The notes beneath the pieces are model-generated. The model searched no databases and was not told the DNA's origin. It worked only from the letters and a program-made list of their open reading frames with translations. From assembly GCA_032718475.1 (NCBI GenBank), contig JAUCBJ010008092.1, forward strand, positions 1 through 64,000: a stretch of DNA of 64,000 bases. The letters are read 5' to 3'. Below are positions 50,004-62,860 of this stretch, piece by piece. The translations under genes were made by a program, and so were the position numbers. Within the stretch, counting starts at the first letter, position 1, and each line of letters starts with the position of its first letter. The DNA is from Nemertoderma westbladi. Lineage: Eukaryota > Animalia > Xenacoelomorpha.

Positions 50004-52104
50004 ATGGCGTTTAAATTTACAGGAGTGGACAACCAAAATTTCGAAGAGTGGGCGCAAAAATTCGAAGTTATCGCAGAATTACAGGATTGGGGCACTAGAA
50101 AAGCTAAATTCGCACCATTGTTCCTCAAGAGCAATGCATTCACAGTATATCAACAGCTTTCAACCGATGACAAGGAGGATTGGGTTGTTTTGAAACAAAA
50201 GTTGAGTGAGGCTTTTTCAGTAACTCGTTTCCAAGCTTATAATTTGTTTAAAAACCGTGTTGTGCGTCCTGGTGAAACATATGAAGTCTGTTCGCGCTTT
50301 TGAAGACCTTTAGCAGTTTAACCTGCCAAAATTTATATGTCTTTTAGTTAATTAACACACCTTTAGCATACGACAATATTTTATGCTAATAAACAAAACA
50401 TTAGCCGAAGCCAGCCCATGCGCGATCATTCACCCGATGGATCTACACCCGGGAGGCTGAATTCGGATGCTTAGATTTTATTATTGCAGTGTAAGGTTGC
50501 AGTGTAAACTTACTGTATTATTCGATAGATCGTTAATAATTAATTTCTGACAGATATTATTGGCTTTCGGGAAATATTAACAGTTCCTTTAGGACGTGGC
50601 GCTTTATCTATTTAAACAGAACTAAGACTTATACTAAACGCAACGATACTGCTTGTGATTAAAGTATAAAGCGTATTCTTTAGGAAATACTTTGTTACCA
50701 ATCACGATCATACACACTATTCTGCCGACAGTCAGTACATTTGATCACACATAAAGAGAGCAGTAATTGACTCACGTAGGGTCTGCTAAATAACATTGGA
50801 TTCAATACACACCACATTAATATAAATCGCAATTGTTATGTATAGCCGGTCTCTCTAACCTGTAGTGTATCAAGAAAATTGGGAATTTGGGTGATTTATC
50901 CGTATTATCCAAAGAGCAATATTTCCATCAACAAATAGGTACAATTAATAACTGACAGTAAATAGCAGTACAAACAATATGATTAGTGCAGTTAAATTAA
51001 GTGAGGTAACACCGCCGCCGGTAACAGTTATACTTTCTATAATCTAAGCAGTTTACTAGAGTTCTTACCAAAAAGCCGGTGTTTCTGGCTTAGACAGCAA
51101 TAACAACAAAGTATCAAGTAAAAACAGTAAGACTGAACACTCTCCTTATGATCGGCCGAAAAGCTACACGTCGACAGGAAAAATCGCTCTGATTGGCTCA
51201 AGCCAAACAAAGAACCATGCATCCAATGGCTGTTTCCATGTCAGCAACCAGCTGTTACATGTCGTAATATGAATCATCACGGCTAAGCTGTGAAAGGTAG
51301 TTGGTGCATTGCAGGTTTTTTTGCCTTACCATGTCCGCCAAAACACGTATATAGCAGAATGACTTTTATGTCCGTTAAAACACCTGTAACGGTACCTTGC
51401 GGGCGAGGGGAATATATATACAGTTAGAGAACCTTTTTAGAGTATTCCAGCGCCTGGGGGGAAACTGGATTGCGAAGCAAAAGGGGCCAGTTATATCCCA
51501 CAGAAGCTTTTACAAAGTCTTCCTAGCCGACTTAAAGCGATTATTATCCTTGGCTGGGATTTCAGATGCGACTAATGTTATGCTACAGAGTCAATTCATT
51601 GCGGGTTTACCTGTGGAAGTTTCTTCACAGCTTCGAAAGTCTTTGGCCGCGGATGGGGTTTCTGTACCGTTGTCAGAGCTGGTTGCTAGGGCTCGTAATG
51701 TACTAGCAGCAATTGAGGATGCTGAGGGGTTTACAATCACTGGAGCCATGGTAAATTCGGATCGTAGCCGTGGAGTTGGGAACTATTCAACCCGCCTGCC
51801 TACACGTGGTGGAGGGGGACAACGTTTTAATGGAGACAGGCTGATGTGTTGGCGATGTGGCCAGGTGGGCCATTTACGTAAATACTGTATGCAGGTTACA
51901 CCGGTATCTCAGCCTGTTACTGGCGGGTTAACAGGACCGATGACAGGGGCCCGTTGCTATGGATGTGGGGGAAGAGGACACATGCGTCGCGAATGTACTA
52001 CAGTAAATGGGCCGAGTTCGGGAAACTGGCGAGGGGGGGCATCTGTGCAACCTCAGCTTTATATAGCTATAGGTGCTCCCCATATAATAAATGTTTACCT
52101 GTAG
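50004..52104 (+). pseudogene. Gag with two CCHC knuckles, split by a solo LTR
   Basis: Removing 50289-51519 rejoins GETYEV-FLADLKRLL. CWRCGQVGHLRKYC and CYGCGGRGHMRREC. Confidence 0.88.
50289..51514 (-). repeat. Solo LTR related to family B
   Basis: TG...CA termini with a 5-bp TSD AAGTC at 50284-50288 and 51515-51519. Homologous to 6569-7770. Confidence 0.9.
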
Positions 52105-55100
52105 TAAATGTTTATCCACTGTGTCATTTAATGAAATAGTTTGTAATTTATCAGTGGGATTAGATACATTTTGTACTCATTCATTGATTTCACAGGGTTT
52201 TTTAGACCGAAATAATGTAAAGTATGATTATTGTGTAAAGACTCTAAATACTTTAGGTGACAAAGTGCCTTTGGTTGGTATGGTGTCATGTACTTTATTC
52301 AATGCACCAGGTGTTAGCCAGCCAGTAGAACTTCAACTGCATGTTGTTGATACAGAATCACTATTTGGGACGGATGCATTATTTGGTATCGATGTAATTC
52401 AACATGTTGGTGGTATTAACTTATCCTATGACAGGCAGTCTGGTGCAATGGCTGTTTGTTTGACTCAAAGTGTGATCAGTGGTGACAGTAAAGTACAGAG
52501 CCTTGGAAGGCTCCATAGTGAAGTCATTGAAACACCATTACAAAGTAGTGTTTGCTCTGCTGCTTTCCAGGATGCTGGGGGAGACAAAGTGGAAGTGTAT
52601 GGGCGTGATGAGCAGTCTATCAGGGGTGTGCATAGTGAGTTAAATGTTAATGCACCTGAATGGTTCCCCCCCAGACATACTGTTCCGTATCCCCGTCTGG
52701 GTAAATTTATTAAGGTTGCTAAAAGTGTGAATGGAGATGTTGAACTTGTTGAGAAATATTTTGTAGTTACATGGCTGAATGAAAAACGATATTGGGAATT
52801 GAAATGGACATGGAAAGGGGGAAACCCTCCGATAAAACATCTGGGGTCTGGTCTTGGGGATTATGGCATCACTATAGGGCAACCACAAAGTAAACTCCTT
52901 AATGCTGAGGTTAACAAATGGATAGAAAATGGCTGGGTTGAGAAATATGAGAGGGAAATGCATGGGGAACTGAGAGGACTTCTTCCACTCATTCCCGTAT
53001 TACAGGAACACAAAGATACTACTCCTGTGCGACCTGTTTTAGACTATACACCCCTAAATAAGTGTGTTCAAGCTGATCCAGGGCGCCAAGTCGCAGTTTG
53101 TGATAAAGCTGTGCGTAGCTGGCGAAAAATGGGGAATCATACTAGGAGTCTAGACCTATCTAAGGCATACTTACAAATTCATGTTGTAGATGACCTTTGC
53201 CTATATCAGGGTATGCTTTGGGATGGAACCATTTATATTATGAAACGTATGGGATATGGCTTAGAAATTGCACATAAAGTGTTGAATGCTGTTGTACTCT
53301 TTGTGTTAGATACAGCTGGATACTCCCCTGATGAGGTAGAAAAATATGTAGACGACATATATGTCAATGAGGATAAGGTCAAAGTGGAAGACGTTAGGGT
53401 TAACCTTGCATGCTATGGGTTAGTTACCAAAGAACCCACAGGTCCAAATGAAATGCGCCTACTTGGCATAGATGTTCAATCCAATAAGTGTGGTGTTTTG
53501 CAATGGAAACGATTTTTAAAGTCATTACTGTCTGTGCCGCATCCGTTGACCAAACGTCAGCTGTTTTCTTGGTGTGGTAAGATTGTTGCGCACTATCCTG
53601 TTGCAAGCTATTTACGTGTGTGTTGCTGCTGGCTTAAACGCCAATGCAGTGATGGAATGTGGGACAGTAGTGTTAATGATGTAGTTGAGACATTAGCCCA
53701 CGATCTATATCATATGATCGAACTCGATGATCCTGTGAAGGGGCAATGGACAGTGCTGGACAAAGATGATACTAAGGTTGACATCTGGGTTGACTCTAGT
53801 GATATTGCACGAGCAGTTGTTTTGGAAGTTGATGGTGTTGTGGTGGAGGATGGTGCATGGTTGCGAAAATTAAAAGATTCAATGCACATTAACATTGCTG
53901 AGCTTGATGCTGTTATTGATGGTTTAAATCTTGCAGTAAAGTGGAACTTAGTGACTAAGAACTACAATATATTTACCGATTCAGAGACAGTAAATAGGTG
54001 GTTGTGCCAAATGCTTGGAAATGTACAGCGATTCAAAATAGGGGGACTGTCTGAGGTTATTGTAAAAAGACGTCTGCAAGTGATTGAAGAAATTGTTGAC
54101 TGTTATCATTGGAATATTAATGTTATCAAAGTTGCTTCTAAGGATAATAAGGCTGATCGATTGACCAGAATTCCTGAAAGGTGGAGAAAAATTGTTCGGG
54201 CAGTTGAACATGCTGTTGATGATGATGTTATATGTGCTGGTGCACATTTACCTAAGACCGTTGTTGGAATAGATGTTGGTATAATTTGTGCGAGGCAGGA
54301 TGCTAATCTGGAATTAGCTGCCGTGAGACATGCCATAAATACCAATGATTGGAGTGAAGTCTCAAAGCATTGTGTTTATAAAGGTTTGAAGTCGCAGCTG
54401 CAAGTTGATTCATCTGGCTTGCTTTTAAGATAAGTTAAAATTCCTCCTAATGATGTGGTTGATGTACCTGTGATTCCCAGTGATTTAGAGGCTGATGTCA
54501 TTAGAAGAGGTCATTGCTCTTCTGGTCATAGCTGTTGGGAGATATCCAGGAATTATTTACGACGTATATGTTATTTTCCATCCATGGCAATAAAATGTCA
54601 GGAATTTGTAAGCACCTGTAGAGAGTGTTGTTTGGCTAACCCGGTTAAACCAGAAAGTAGTTATCCCTCAGAGAGAACTGTAATAGCTGACCATCCATGG
54701 CAAATTGTGTTTGTTGATTCTCTCAAGGTGGGTGAATCTTCATTGTTGGTTATGGTTGATTCGCTTTCAAAGTGGGCTGAAGTATAATCTGTTCCATCTT
54801 TGTCTGCAGCAGATGTGACACCTATATTTCTTAATAAGTGTATACAATGGGTCCCCCCTGAAGTCATTCGTTCTGATGCTGGTCCTGAATTTGTAAATGG
54901 TCTGATAAAAAGTGTGCAGGCCGTGTTCGGTTTTAAAATGTTACACGGTGCAGTTAGAAATCCTCGAAGCCAAGGTGTTGTGGAACGTTACCACCGTACT
55001 TTTTTGACGATCTTAAGAAAAACTTTGATCAACCGACAAACGAATAGTGGTAAATGCACAGTAGAACAAGATGAGTTAAATTGGATTCTTTATTACTACC

Positions 55101-55612
55101 GTAATCGTCCTAATACTTCAATTGGTATATCACCCATGAAAGCCTTTTGTGGTTGGGAACAGGGTGCAATCAATTGGACAAGTGCAAAAGGATACAGCCC
55201 TAGTACATGGGTTGGTTACCGCATGAAACTAGCCGCCGAGTTGTTTGATTTCTTGGAGCTACAACTCTCAGCATTAGATAATGACCTAAAAATTGTAACA
55301 AGGCAGTTCACTGCGGGGGACAGTGTTTTTCTACGAAGAGACCCCAGGGCCGGAAAGGCATTCACTCCCTGGGAAGATGGGTGGATGGTTGTGGGACAGA
55401 AGGGACTGGCTACTTACCTGATAAAGCACAAAAACCATAAACGCCGGCAAAAGATTGTAAATGTAGATTTGTTGAAGACACCCGATGAAACAACAAATAA
55501 AACTAACATTACTCTTAACAACTTTACAACTGGTCCCATTCGAGAAGTAGTTACCGATTCGAATTCATTAGATGAAGTTATTGTTGAATTGGAGTCTCCA
55601 AAGTATTGGTGA
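52091..55612 (+). pseudogene. Pol (protease, RT, RNase H, integrase) with two in-frame stops
   Basis: LDTFCTHSLI, VRPVLDY..LN, LDLSKAYLQI, YVDD, HINIAELDAV, GHCSSGH...CREC, SDAGPEF, SQGVVER. ORFs at 52091, 54455 and 54800 share one frame. Confidence 0.9.
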
Positions 55613-56382
55613 AGGAGTCTTATCTAGTAGTGAGAGCGATGTTAGTGAGTGTGAGGACACACGTGGGGTTATCACTAGGAGCGGCCGGATTGTGAAACCT
55701 CCAAAATACTATGGTTATTGAGAAAATACAATTGCAGGGGGAGATGTTGGGTCGGCGGGTGCAATTGTGTGTGGTGAGAGTAGGGCGATAGGTCGGGGAG
55801 TAGGTGAGGACCTAAGGCGAGGAAGGATGGAGAGTGATAGTTAGTAGAGAGTGTGGAAGTGTACCGGTAGGCGGTAGGGCAGTAGAGTGGTACTTGGGTT
55901 GCGCGGATTAGGTTTATTGCTCGGATTCAGTAATTGGTTATTGTTAATTGTGTATACTGGTTTATATTGTTATATTACATATATATATAATAAATGATTG
56001 CATTGAAGCTCAAAGATATATTGATTATTTAAGTGACTGGGAAGTTTGGGAGAACGTTCGTTGTATTCGATGCTACAACTTGCGACGTGTCATTGGTGGG
56101 GAACCGTTATTTGGTGAAGAAGGTGGGGAACTTCGCACTTTTAGCCCTTCAGCGGCGGAAGGGTGATTTCCAAATAATCTGAAAGGGCCGCGACTGCCTG
56201 CACATTTGGTCCACCAGTGGATGTTTCCGGTTGAGGTTCGATAACCGTAGTTGCCGCCGGAATGGAATAGTGTAATAACTTCACACCCTTTCGGAGTACT
56301 TTAGCCAGTGAAGATCTAGAGGAAGGGGTTAACGTGGATTGTACCGCTTTCTTAAGTATGGCGGCAGTGACCGGTCCTTTAA

Positions 56383-58632
56383 CCCTATTAAACCCGGGGG
56401 GGGGGGGGGGGGGGGGGTCAATATGAACCCCCCCGTGGTTTTTTTATTATAATTCTGAAACAAACGCAGTTGGGAATCTGAAATTTTATGACTTTTCCTA
56501 AAAATCTATTGTCTTCCTAGAAGTGAAAACCGTTTTCAAAAATATTGGGTACTTTTCGAGTTATAGCACCATTTTTTAGCCCTACTTTTGGCACTTTTTT
56601 GAGACGTTTTTTTGAAAATTACATTTCATTAAATATGAATTGTAACATCTCTATTTTTTATTTACACCGGTTTTTTGGTGTTAGAAATTGGATGGAATTC
56701 ATATAAATTGATTTAGAAATTTCAAACTTGTTTTTTTCGGTGGGTGCCAAATTTTGGTGCCAGCACCAAATTTTGAAATATGTCAATTTTGTAAATTTAT
56801 TGTTTGAAACTTGTTTTTTACGAAATTGGGGTTTTTTGGGGTTCTGGATTCGATGAAATATATACGAGTTGCACCAAGCGTATCAAACTCGTATTTTTCG
56901 GTGCTGTGTGCAAATTTTGGTGTTAGCACGAAATTTTGAAAATCCATTCAATAGATAAAATTGCTTGTGACAATTTATTTCTTGCGTTTTAGAGGTTTAT
57001 GGCTGTTCTGAATTCAATGTAATATATAATTATCGAACTAGACATCTCAAACTTGTATTTTTCGGATGTGGGTGCAAAATGTGGTGCTAGTACCAAATAC
57101 CAAAAGCACCAAAAATATATCAATTGATTGTGTCACCTTGTTTCATGCGTTATACGGGTTTGTGATGGTTCTGAATTCAATGGAATCAGTAAAAATTTCA
57201 TAAGAGTTCTCAAACTTGTATTTTTCGCCGGTGGGTGAAAATTGTTGTGCCAGCACCAAATTTTGGAAAATATGCAAATTGATCAGTAGATACAGTACAG
57301 GCCACCAGAAAACGCAGATTTGTACAATTGTGAACACATTTTATCAAATGTGTACCAGTGTAATGTAATGTTGTTGAACGGGACAATTGAACATAATTGA
57401 ATTGGCAACAACCAAAATTTTTTCGCCAAAGGATACAATTGAATACTTTTGAAACGCTTAGTAATCTGGAAACTCTCTGTAGTTTGCCGCGAACTGTCAC
57501 TCACTGTAGCTGGAAATGCGATAAGGATTTTGTTTACCTTTATAGTGTGCAGTTAATAGTGTCTAGTAGGCAGCCCTATAGTTAGTGATGTTAAGGCATC
57601 TTCTGGTGTTTCTCTGTGCCCTCCCGGTGTCAGACTAATGGCGCGACATCTCCCTGCACTGGTCTAGGCTCCTCCATCCACATACCCATCCACTCCCATA
57701 CACCCCATGAACCTCCATGTGGTCTTGTATGTAGTTCTCTCTCTACCAATACAGCCCGTGTCCGCAATATTACGCCCTGGGGGCTCTCTCATCTACCTGA
57801 TATCAGACATACAGGCGCACCGCACACAAAGCCTTTGTCGGTCCCAGCAAGTTAGCCTCCTGCTGTGTGATCTAGAAGATAACTCGCCATAACCTGCCAA
57901 TCAGATGACTTGAACAAATGTGTTCACATGTGATCACATTGGATGAAATCTGCTTTTTCTGGTGCCCTGTACTCTAGTATCACCTTGTTTCTTGCGTTAT
58001 ACGGGTTTATGAGAGTCCTGAATCCGATGGGATCAATAAAAACAGCACTGGACATCGCAAACTTGTACTTTTTGGTGATGGGTACGAAATTTGGTGCTAG
58101 CACCAAAATTTGCCAAATTACGCCGAAAAATACAAGTATCAATGATCTGGCATATTAGAAATGTATTCCATTAGAATCAGCGCCCTCGAAAACCTGAAAA
58201 TGTGAATTTATAGCATCGTATAAGTGAATTAAAAATTTTGTGTTCTACTTGAAAAGTGCTGGTTACTTGTTTTTTTCATTTTTTCCCTACGCAGAGAGGA
58301 CTAAACAGCCATTTATAGTAATCATATCATTTTTAAATATTTTACAATGTATTTTGCACCCAGAAAACATGTATTGAAAAATAATTAGCCGAAAATGTAA
58401 CTTTCAAATTTTGTGAAAATTGTGCACTACTTGTAATTTTGGTGCTGCAATATAACCACCCCAGTACATTTTTTCGAAAATTTTTTTTTTCGGTCTGATC
58501 CAGACAAGTGATACCTACGTACAAACAAAAAATCAGACGTTTTCGTAAATATTTGTAGATTTTAGAGGGGGGGTCAATATGACCCCCCCCCCCGGTATTT
58601 GTACAACATTTTATAGCCCGGTACTAATAGGG
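56383..58632 (+). mobile_element. piggyBac-type non-autonomous element with internal diverged repeats of about 100 bp
   Basis: TTAA-CCCTATTA...TAATAGGG-TTAA, with repeated AAATTTTGGTGCTAGCACCAAA units. Confidence 0.9.
57293..57974. mobile_element. Tc1-type MITE nested in the piggyBac MITE
   Basis: TIRs CAGTACAGGCCACCAGAAAACGCAGATTT and AAATCTGCTTTTTCTGGTGCCCTGTACTC, with TA duplication. An apparent empty site is in the sister copy near 63515-63530. Confidence 0.8.
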
Positions 58633-58636
58633 TTAA

Positions 58637-60540
58637 GGGTTTGTGATAAAGTCATGACACCTCCTCTGTCTGAAACATACCTTAGAGGCTTGACTGTCTC
58701 TTCCGCAAGATGTGTGGTATGACGGAGGTATGTAATGCGATCCGAAGTTTGTAACAACTCAGGATTGGCGGCAACGAACTCGTAACTAAGATTGGAGTCT
58801 TTTCGAATAAAATCGATAAGGTTATAAGTTGTCACATCACCGGGGTTCATACGGCGAAGGAATGTGCGCACGTATTGAACGTTGGTGAGCTCCGAGACTG
58901 TTAACAGTAGTTGGTAGTCAGGAAGGTGGGATCGTTGCTCTTCAATCGCAAAGGCATAGGGGTTGAAGGCAAAGACTCCGCAACCGCAATATGAGCGGGA
59001 AGACTCATAACGGAGGCGCGTGATTTGATGTAAATCTGCGGAATGTAATTCCACAATTTAATATACTTTAGGAGGGATGTTTCATCGTCCCGTTGTGTCA
59101 AGTGAAAGGGGCAAGAGCCCAGATAATGTCCCTTTAATAGACATTTGTCGCATTGTTCCAAGAATTGCGGACAGTTAAAGAACGTGTGATCATTAAACAA
59201 TCTACAATACGGACAATGAAGGGGTACGTCAGAACATTGTGAATATGTTTGACAAATCGTGCCGGTAGGTGGCGCTTTATCCGCATGGGAGCCACATTGA
59301 ATGCAGCGCTTTCAACCTTGTGATACGGCGGAACGAAAGTCAAATCTCGTTAATGGCTGTGGTCCAAGGTGCCATGGTATAATAAACTCGCCGTCATCGT
59401 CTTACTCAGAAGTTGGATGGATGGGTTTGGATTCTAAAACTGTCCGCTTGTAAAACGTAGTCATTTAAGTAGGAAGCTAACTGCTTATCCGAGGTTTGGA
59501 CAATTGAGACTGAATACCCAAACTTGAGGATGGGGCGTTCTAGAATAGTGGAATGTAGGTTTTTGACGCACACATCCTTGAATATGGCGAAACCCTTTCG
59601 GTTTAGGTCCTCAAAAGCGGACAAACGCTTATTTACCTATCCCTTCAGAGCAGGGTCATGGAACTGGCTGTCAATGCCGAAGAAGGGGAATAAGAACCTT
59701 CGAAAACATTCGAAACTTTGGAATTTCCCTTCAAGATTAACCTTAGCAAGCTGGGTTACGAGAAGAAAAGGGTGGGACCTCAGAGTCCTACTACAAGTAT
59801 CAGCTAACCAACCTGATACGGCAGAGTTCTCGTAAATCATGTAAATAGTGAGAGAAGGCTGAAGAGGGACACTAATGTTAGAATAAACAGCACCAGGGGC
59901 GGTCAAAGGACAATTGAAGTAATAAAGGGAATAATTATCACTGTATAGGTTTAAATAACAGTTATACCGACCTTCCTTGAAATCCCTACCGAGTTCATGG
60001 AACGAAATGTGTCTGATGCCGTTACATTCAGCTCTACGCATCCCGTTTCCTACGCGTTCATAAATGACACAGAAGAAGCCACGCCACATTCCTGGGCCCA
60101 TGGGAGCATCATTTGAGTGTCCGCAAAAGGGTAAGGGATGTCTAATAAGGAGTCAAAGTCTTTATACAAGTCGGGATATATCGCTGAACCGAGTTTACCG
60201 ATCCTCTCGTTGAACAACAGGTCGAGAACGGGTTGGGGCAACATTGAAGGCTCAATGCCGAGCGTAGGGTGACGTTTGGTTTTAATAACGTATCGGTAGG
60301 ACTTCTCGAACTGTCCATGCTGAGGTAGCGCGTCAGCGCTACGGGAGATTCGTGTGAATACATGGGTGGCTCTGGTTAAGCCATGGATATGTATTAATCG
60401 GGTAGTACCGAGTTCATCGTTCGATACAGAACCTTCATTACCGTATAGCATTACGCCATATTGTTGGATAATCATCCACTTCAACCGGCGTCCATAAGCT
60501 ATCGAGGGAACCAATGGAGCTTCGGGCGATAACTACCGAT
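58637..60540 (-). pseudogene. ORF-X homologue, main piece (continues at 56078-56382 and 49373-49415)
   Basis: IPYPFADTQ, PLTAPGAVYS..SVPLQPSLTIY.IYEN...GWLAD.CSRT.R.HP, FECFRRFL.PF, CPQFLEQCDKCLLKGHYLGSCPF and MNPGDVTTYNLIDFIR all match 4715-6490. Several frameshifts. Confidence 0.88.
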
Positions 60541-62040
60541 TTGTAGCTTTGGACGCAGTCTAAGGTCGCAGTCACTTGCGGTCGGTCAGATTGTAATTCA
60601 AGGCCAGTCAGTAGTGGGTTGGTTTGTTCCGGTGATAGTGGGTGATCGATTTAGTTTTGAGGGCATAAAGGAGTTACCCGCTTGATTCGAACTGGAATAT
60701 TCTGGCTCGGGCAATTCTCTAGTCGGAGATCTGTCCGGGTCGGAATTTACTGGTATTGCAGTCATGTCAAGTTTGGAAGTGTGGTCGCTGTGGGAACTGT
60801 CTGAGGAGCTCTTGTTGATATTTGAACGATGAGACATTTTGTTAGATTTTATTTTGGAGAAAATGTATTTTATTAACCCTTTAAATAATTATTATGCATC
60901 CTTTTATTATCGACGATTTATTGTAACAATAATAATATGTTATAAATAATTATTACAATCGCACCCAAGTAAATAATACAGAGGGGGTATAAGCAGGGTA
61001 GTTAACTACTGCTAACCTACTGCCACCTTCCTATGTAATACGCCTAAATTAACAGCTTGGGCTGAAGGGCTAGCAAGCTGTGCGATGTTTCCTATGGGGG
61101 TAACACAGCCTACCTATTAGTAGCAACCAAACGAGCAGGGTGTATAAGCCTAGGCTGTAGTCAAAGGTTACGCAGAGGTAGGACAAGTCATGTGATACAA
61201 TATTGCTTGCAGAGACAACAAATAATTCTTCCCGAGAATTATATTGGTTTTTTGGAATATTACGCTGACAAGAGGTCCAAGTTGTAAATATTGGATCTGA
61301 TGGGGAATATATGAGCTGAAATGTTAAATAGCTCGATGATATGTATGTATATCGGCTAAAAGTTCCTTGATATTTATTATGGAACAATAATCTTGGAATA
61401 AAAACCGCACAACTCAATAAAATAAATACAAAACGTTACTTATACCTACAAATACCTACGTTACGATGGAAGTGCGTAAACTTAGAGTTTACTTTATTGT
61501 AGTATACGTAAAAAACAAAATTGGCTATGGGACTATGATAAGACTATGGGAATTTACCAGGGAATTTGCAAAACGCTTCGAACGTTTAGGAAGTCGAAAC
61601 CGGTCAAGAGACAAACATTAATAGCACAAATAAAAACAATAGATACGGTTAGTAGAATGCGTCCCCGCGATTGTCGTAAAATATGCTACCTTGTTCTCTT
61701 AGTATATTTCGCCGAGTATAGGGTATGATGAACGAACTGTTGATGGGCTAAGACCGCATAAAGTGGTTGCAATCGACTGAAAAATTAGAAAGGCAGGAAA
61801 AGTAATTTGTCGGGAATAAAGTGATATCTCCCCCCACAAGGAAATATACAACTTTATGTGTTCCAATAATGGAAATATGAATAATAAAATAATATGAATA
61901 AAATGAGGCCTACAAAACAATTAAGCATTTACTTAATATACTATGAAGCCAAGCAAATTAGATACCGGTAATTTACAGTAGGCAGTCTTGCAGTAAGATT
62001 TTTTACAGTAAATATGAGATTCCGTCTATTATCTGATCCA

Positions 62041-62856
62041 TAAAGAAAGTTGAGTGCCCAGGTCACCGGGGGAAACATAATAATAAGTTTGTTAGAGGAT
62101 CTGTTGCTGGTGATCAAAAAAGTGGGCGAACCTATGCGGCCTATCTCATCCGGGTCCGGCTCACCTGGAGAGAAACCCTCTTGGTTTGCGAGTAAGATCC
62201 TCAGCCAAGCGGCCGCGCTCGTTCCGGAATGACTACGGAATACCGCGGATTTCATGGAACGTGTGGCTCAACTACCGCCGCTTCAACCTGGCGATATGTT
62301 GTTCAGCCTCGACATTGTTTCAATGTACACGGTAATCCATGTACAAGAAGGGATCGATGTAGTCACTGGTTTCGCCAACCAGCATATGGATGAAATCCAC
62401 TTATTCGGTTTAGATATCCCTGATCTATATGGTTTACTTAAAACCAGTTTAGAATTTACTTTCTTCCGTTTCAACGGTAAATTCTATGAACAAAATGACG
62501 GACTCGGGATGGGAGTTAGGCTTGCCGGACCATTTTCGGGGATCTATATACATGTTAAAGAAAAAATATTTTTAGCGAATTACCATTTAAGCGTTTTTTG
62601 CTGGTTTAGATTCTACGATGATGGTTGGTCCGTGTGGCAGCACGGAGAGGAAGAGTTAGACAGTTTTCTTGGTTATTAGAATACTTGCCACCCCAATATT
62701 AAATATACCATGGAGAAATCCTATACCAGTCTCCCCTTTCTCGATGTAATCACCACGGTTAATGACCACTGCACATAGACTTCGAGCTCTATATCAAACC
62801 TAGTAATGCCGCCATAATCCTTAACTACTACAGTAGCCACCCGCGCAACATAGTTC
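62041..62856 (+). pseudogene. Penelope-like element reverse transcriptase fragment
   Basis: PMRPISSGSGSP, LFSLDIVSMYT, FFRFNGKFYEQNDGLGMG, FRFYDD, HPNIKYTME...LPFLDV. Cut by a MITE at TTAA 62857-62860. Confidence 0.88.
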
Positions 62857-62860
62857 TTAA

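Larger units (their letters stand above)
49416..56077 (+). mobile_element. Gypsy-order (gag-PR-RT-RH-IN) LTR retrotransposon, near full length
   Basis: LTRs 49416-49750 and 55745-56077 (TG...CA) differ by about two substitutions and one TA indel. 4-bp TSD ACTT. PPT AGGGGGAGA before 55745. Confidence 0.93.
47849..62040 (-). mobile_element. BEL/Pao family A, copy 2: leader, Gag stub, large deletion, ORF-X, PPT, 3' LTR; hosts Gypsy and piggyBac insertions
   Basis: Leader 62040-60838 and Gag stub MSHRSNINKS match 40858-38990. The sequence then switches near 60550 to an ORF-X homologue that reads through both insertions to about 49373. Confidence 0.8.
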
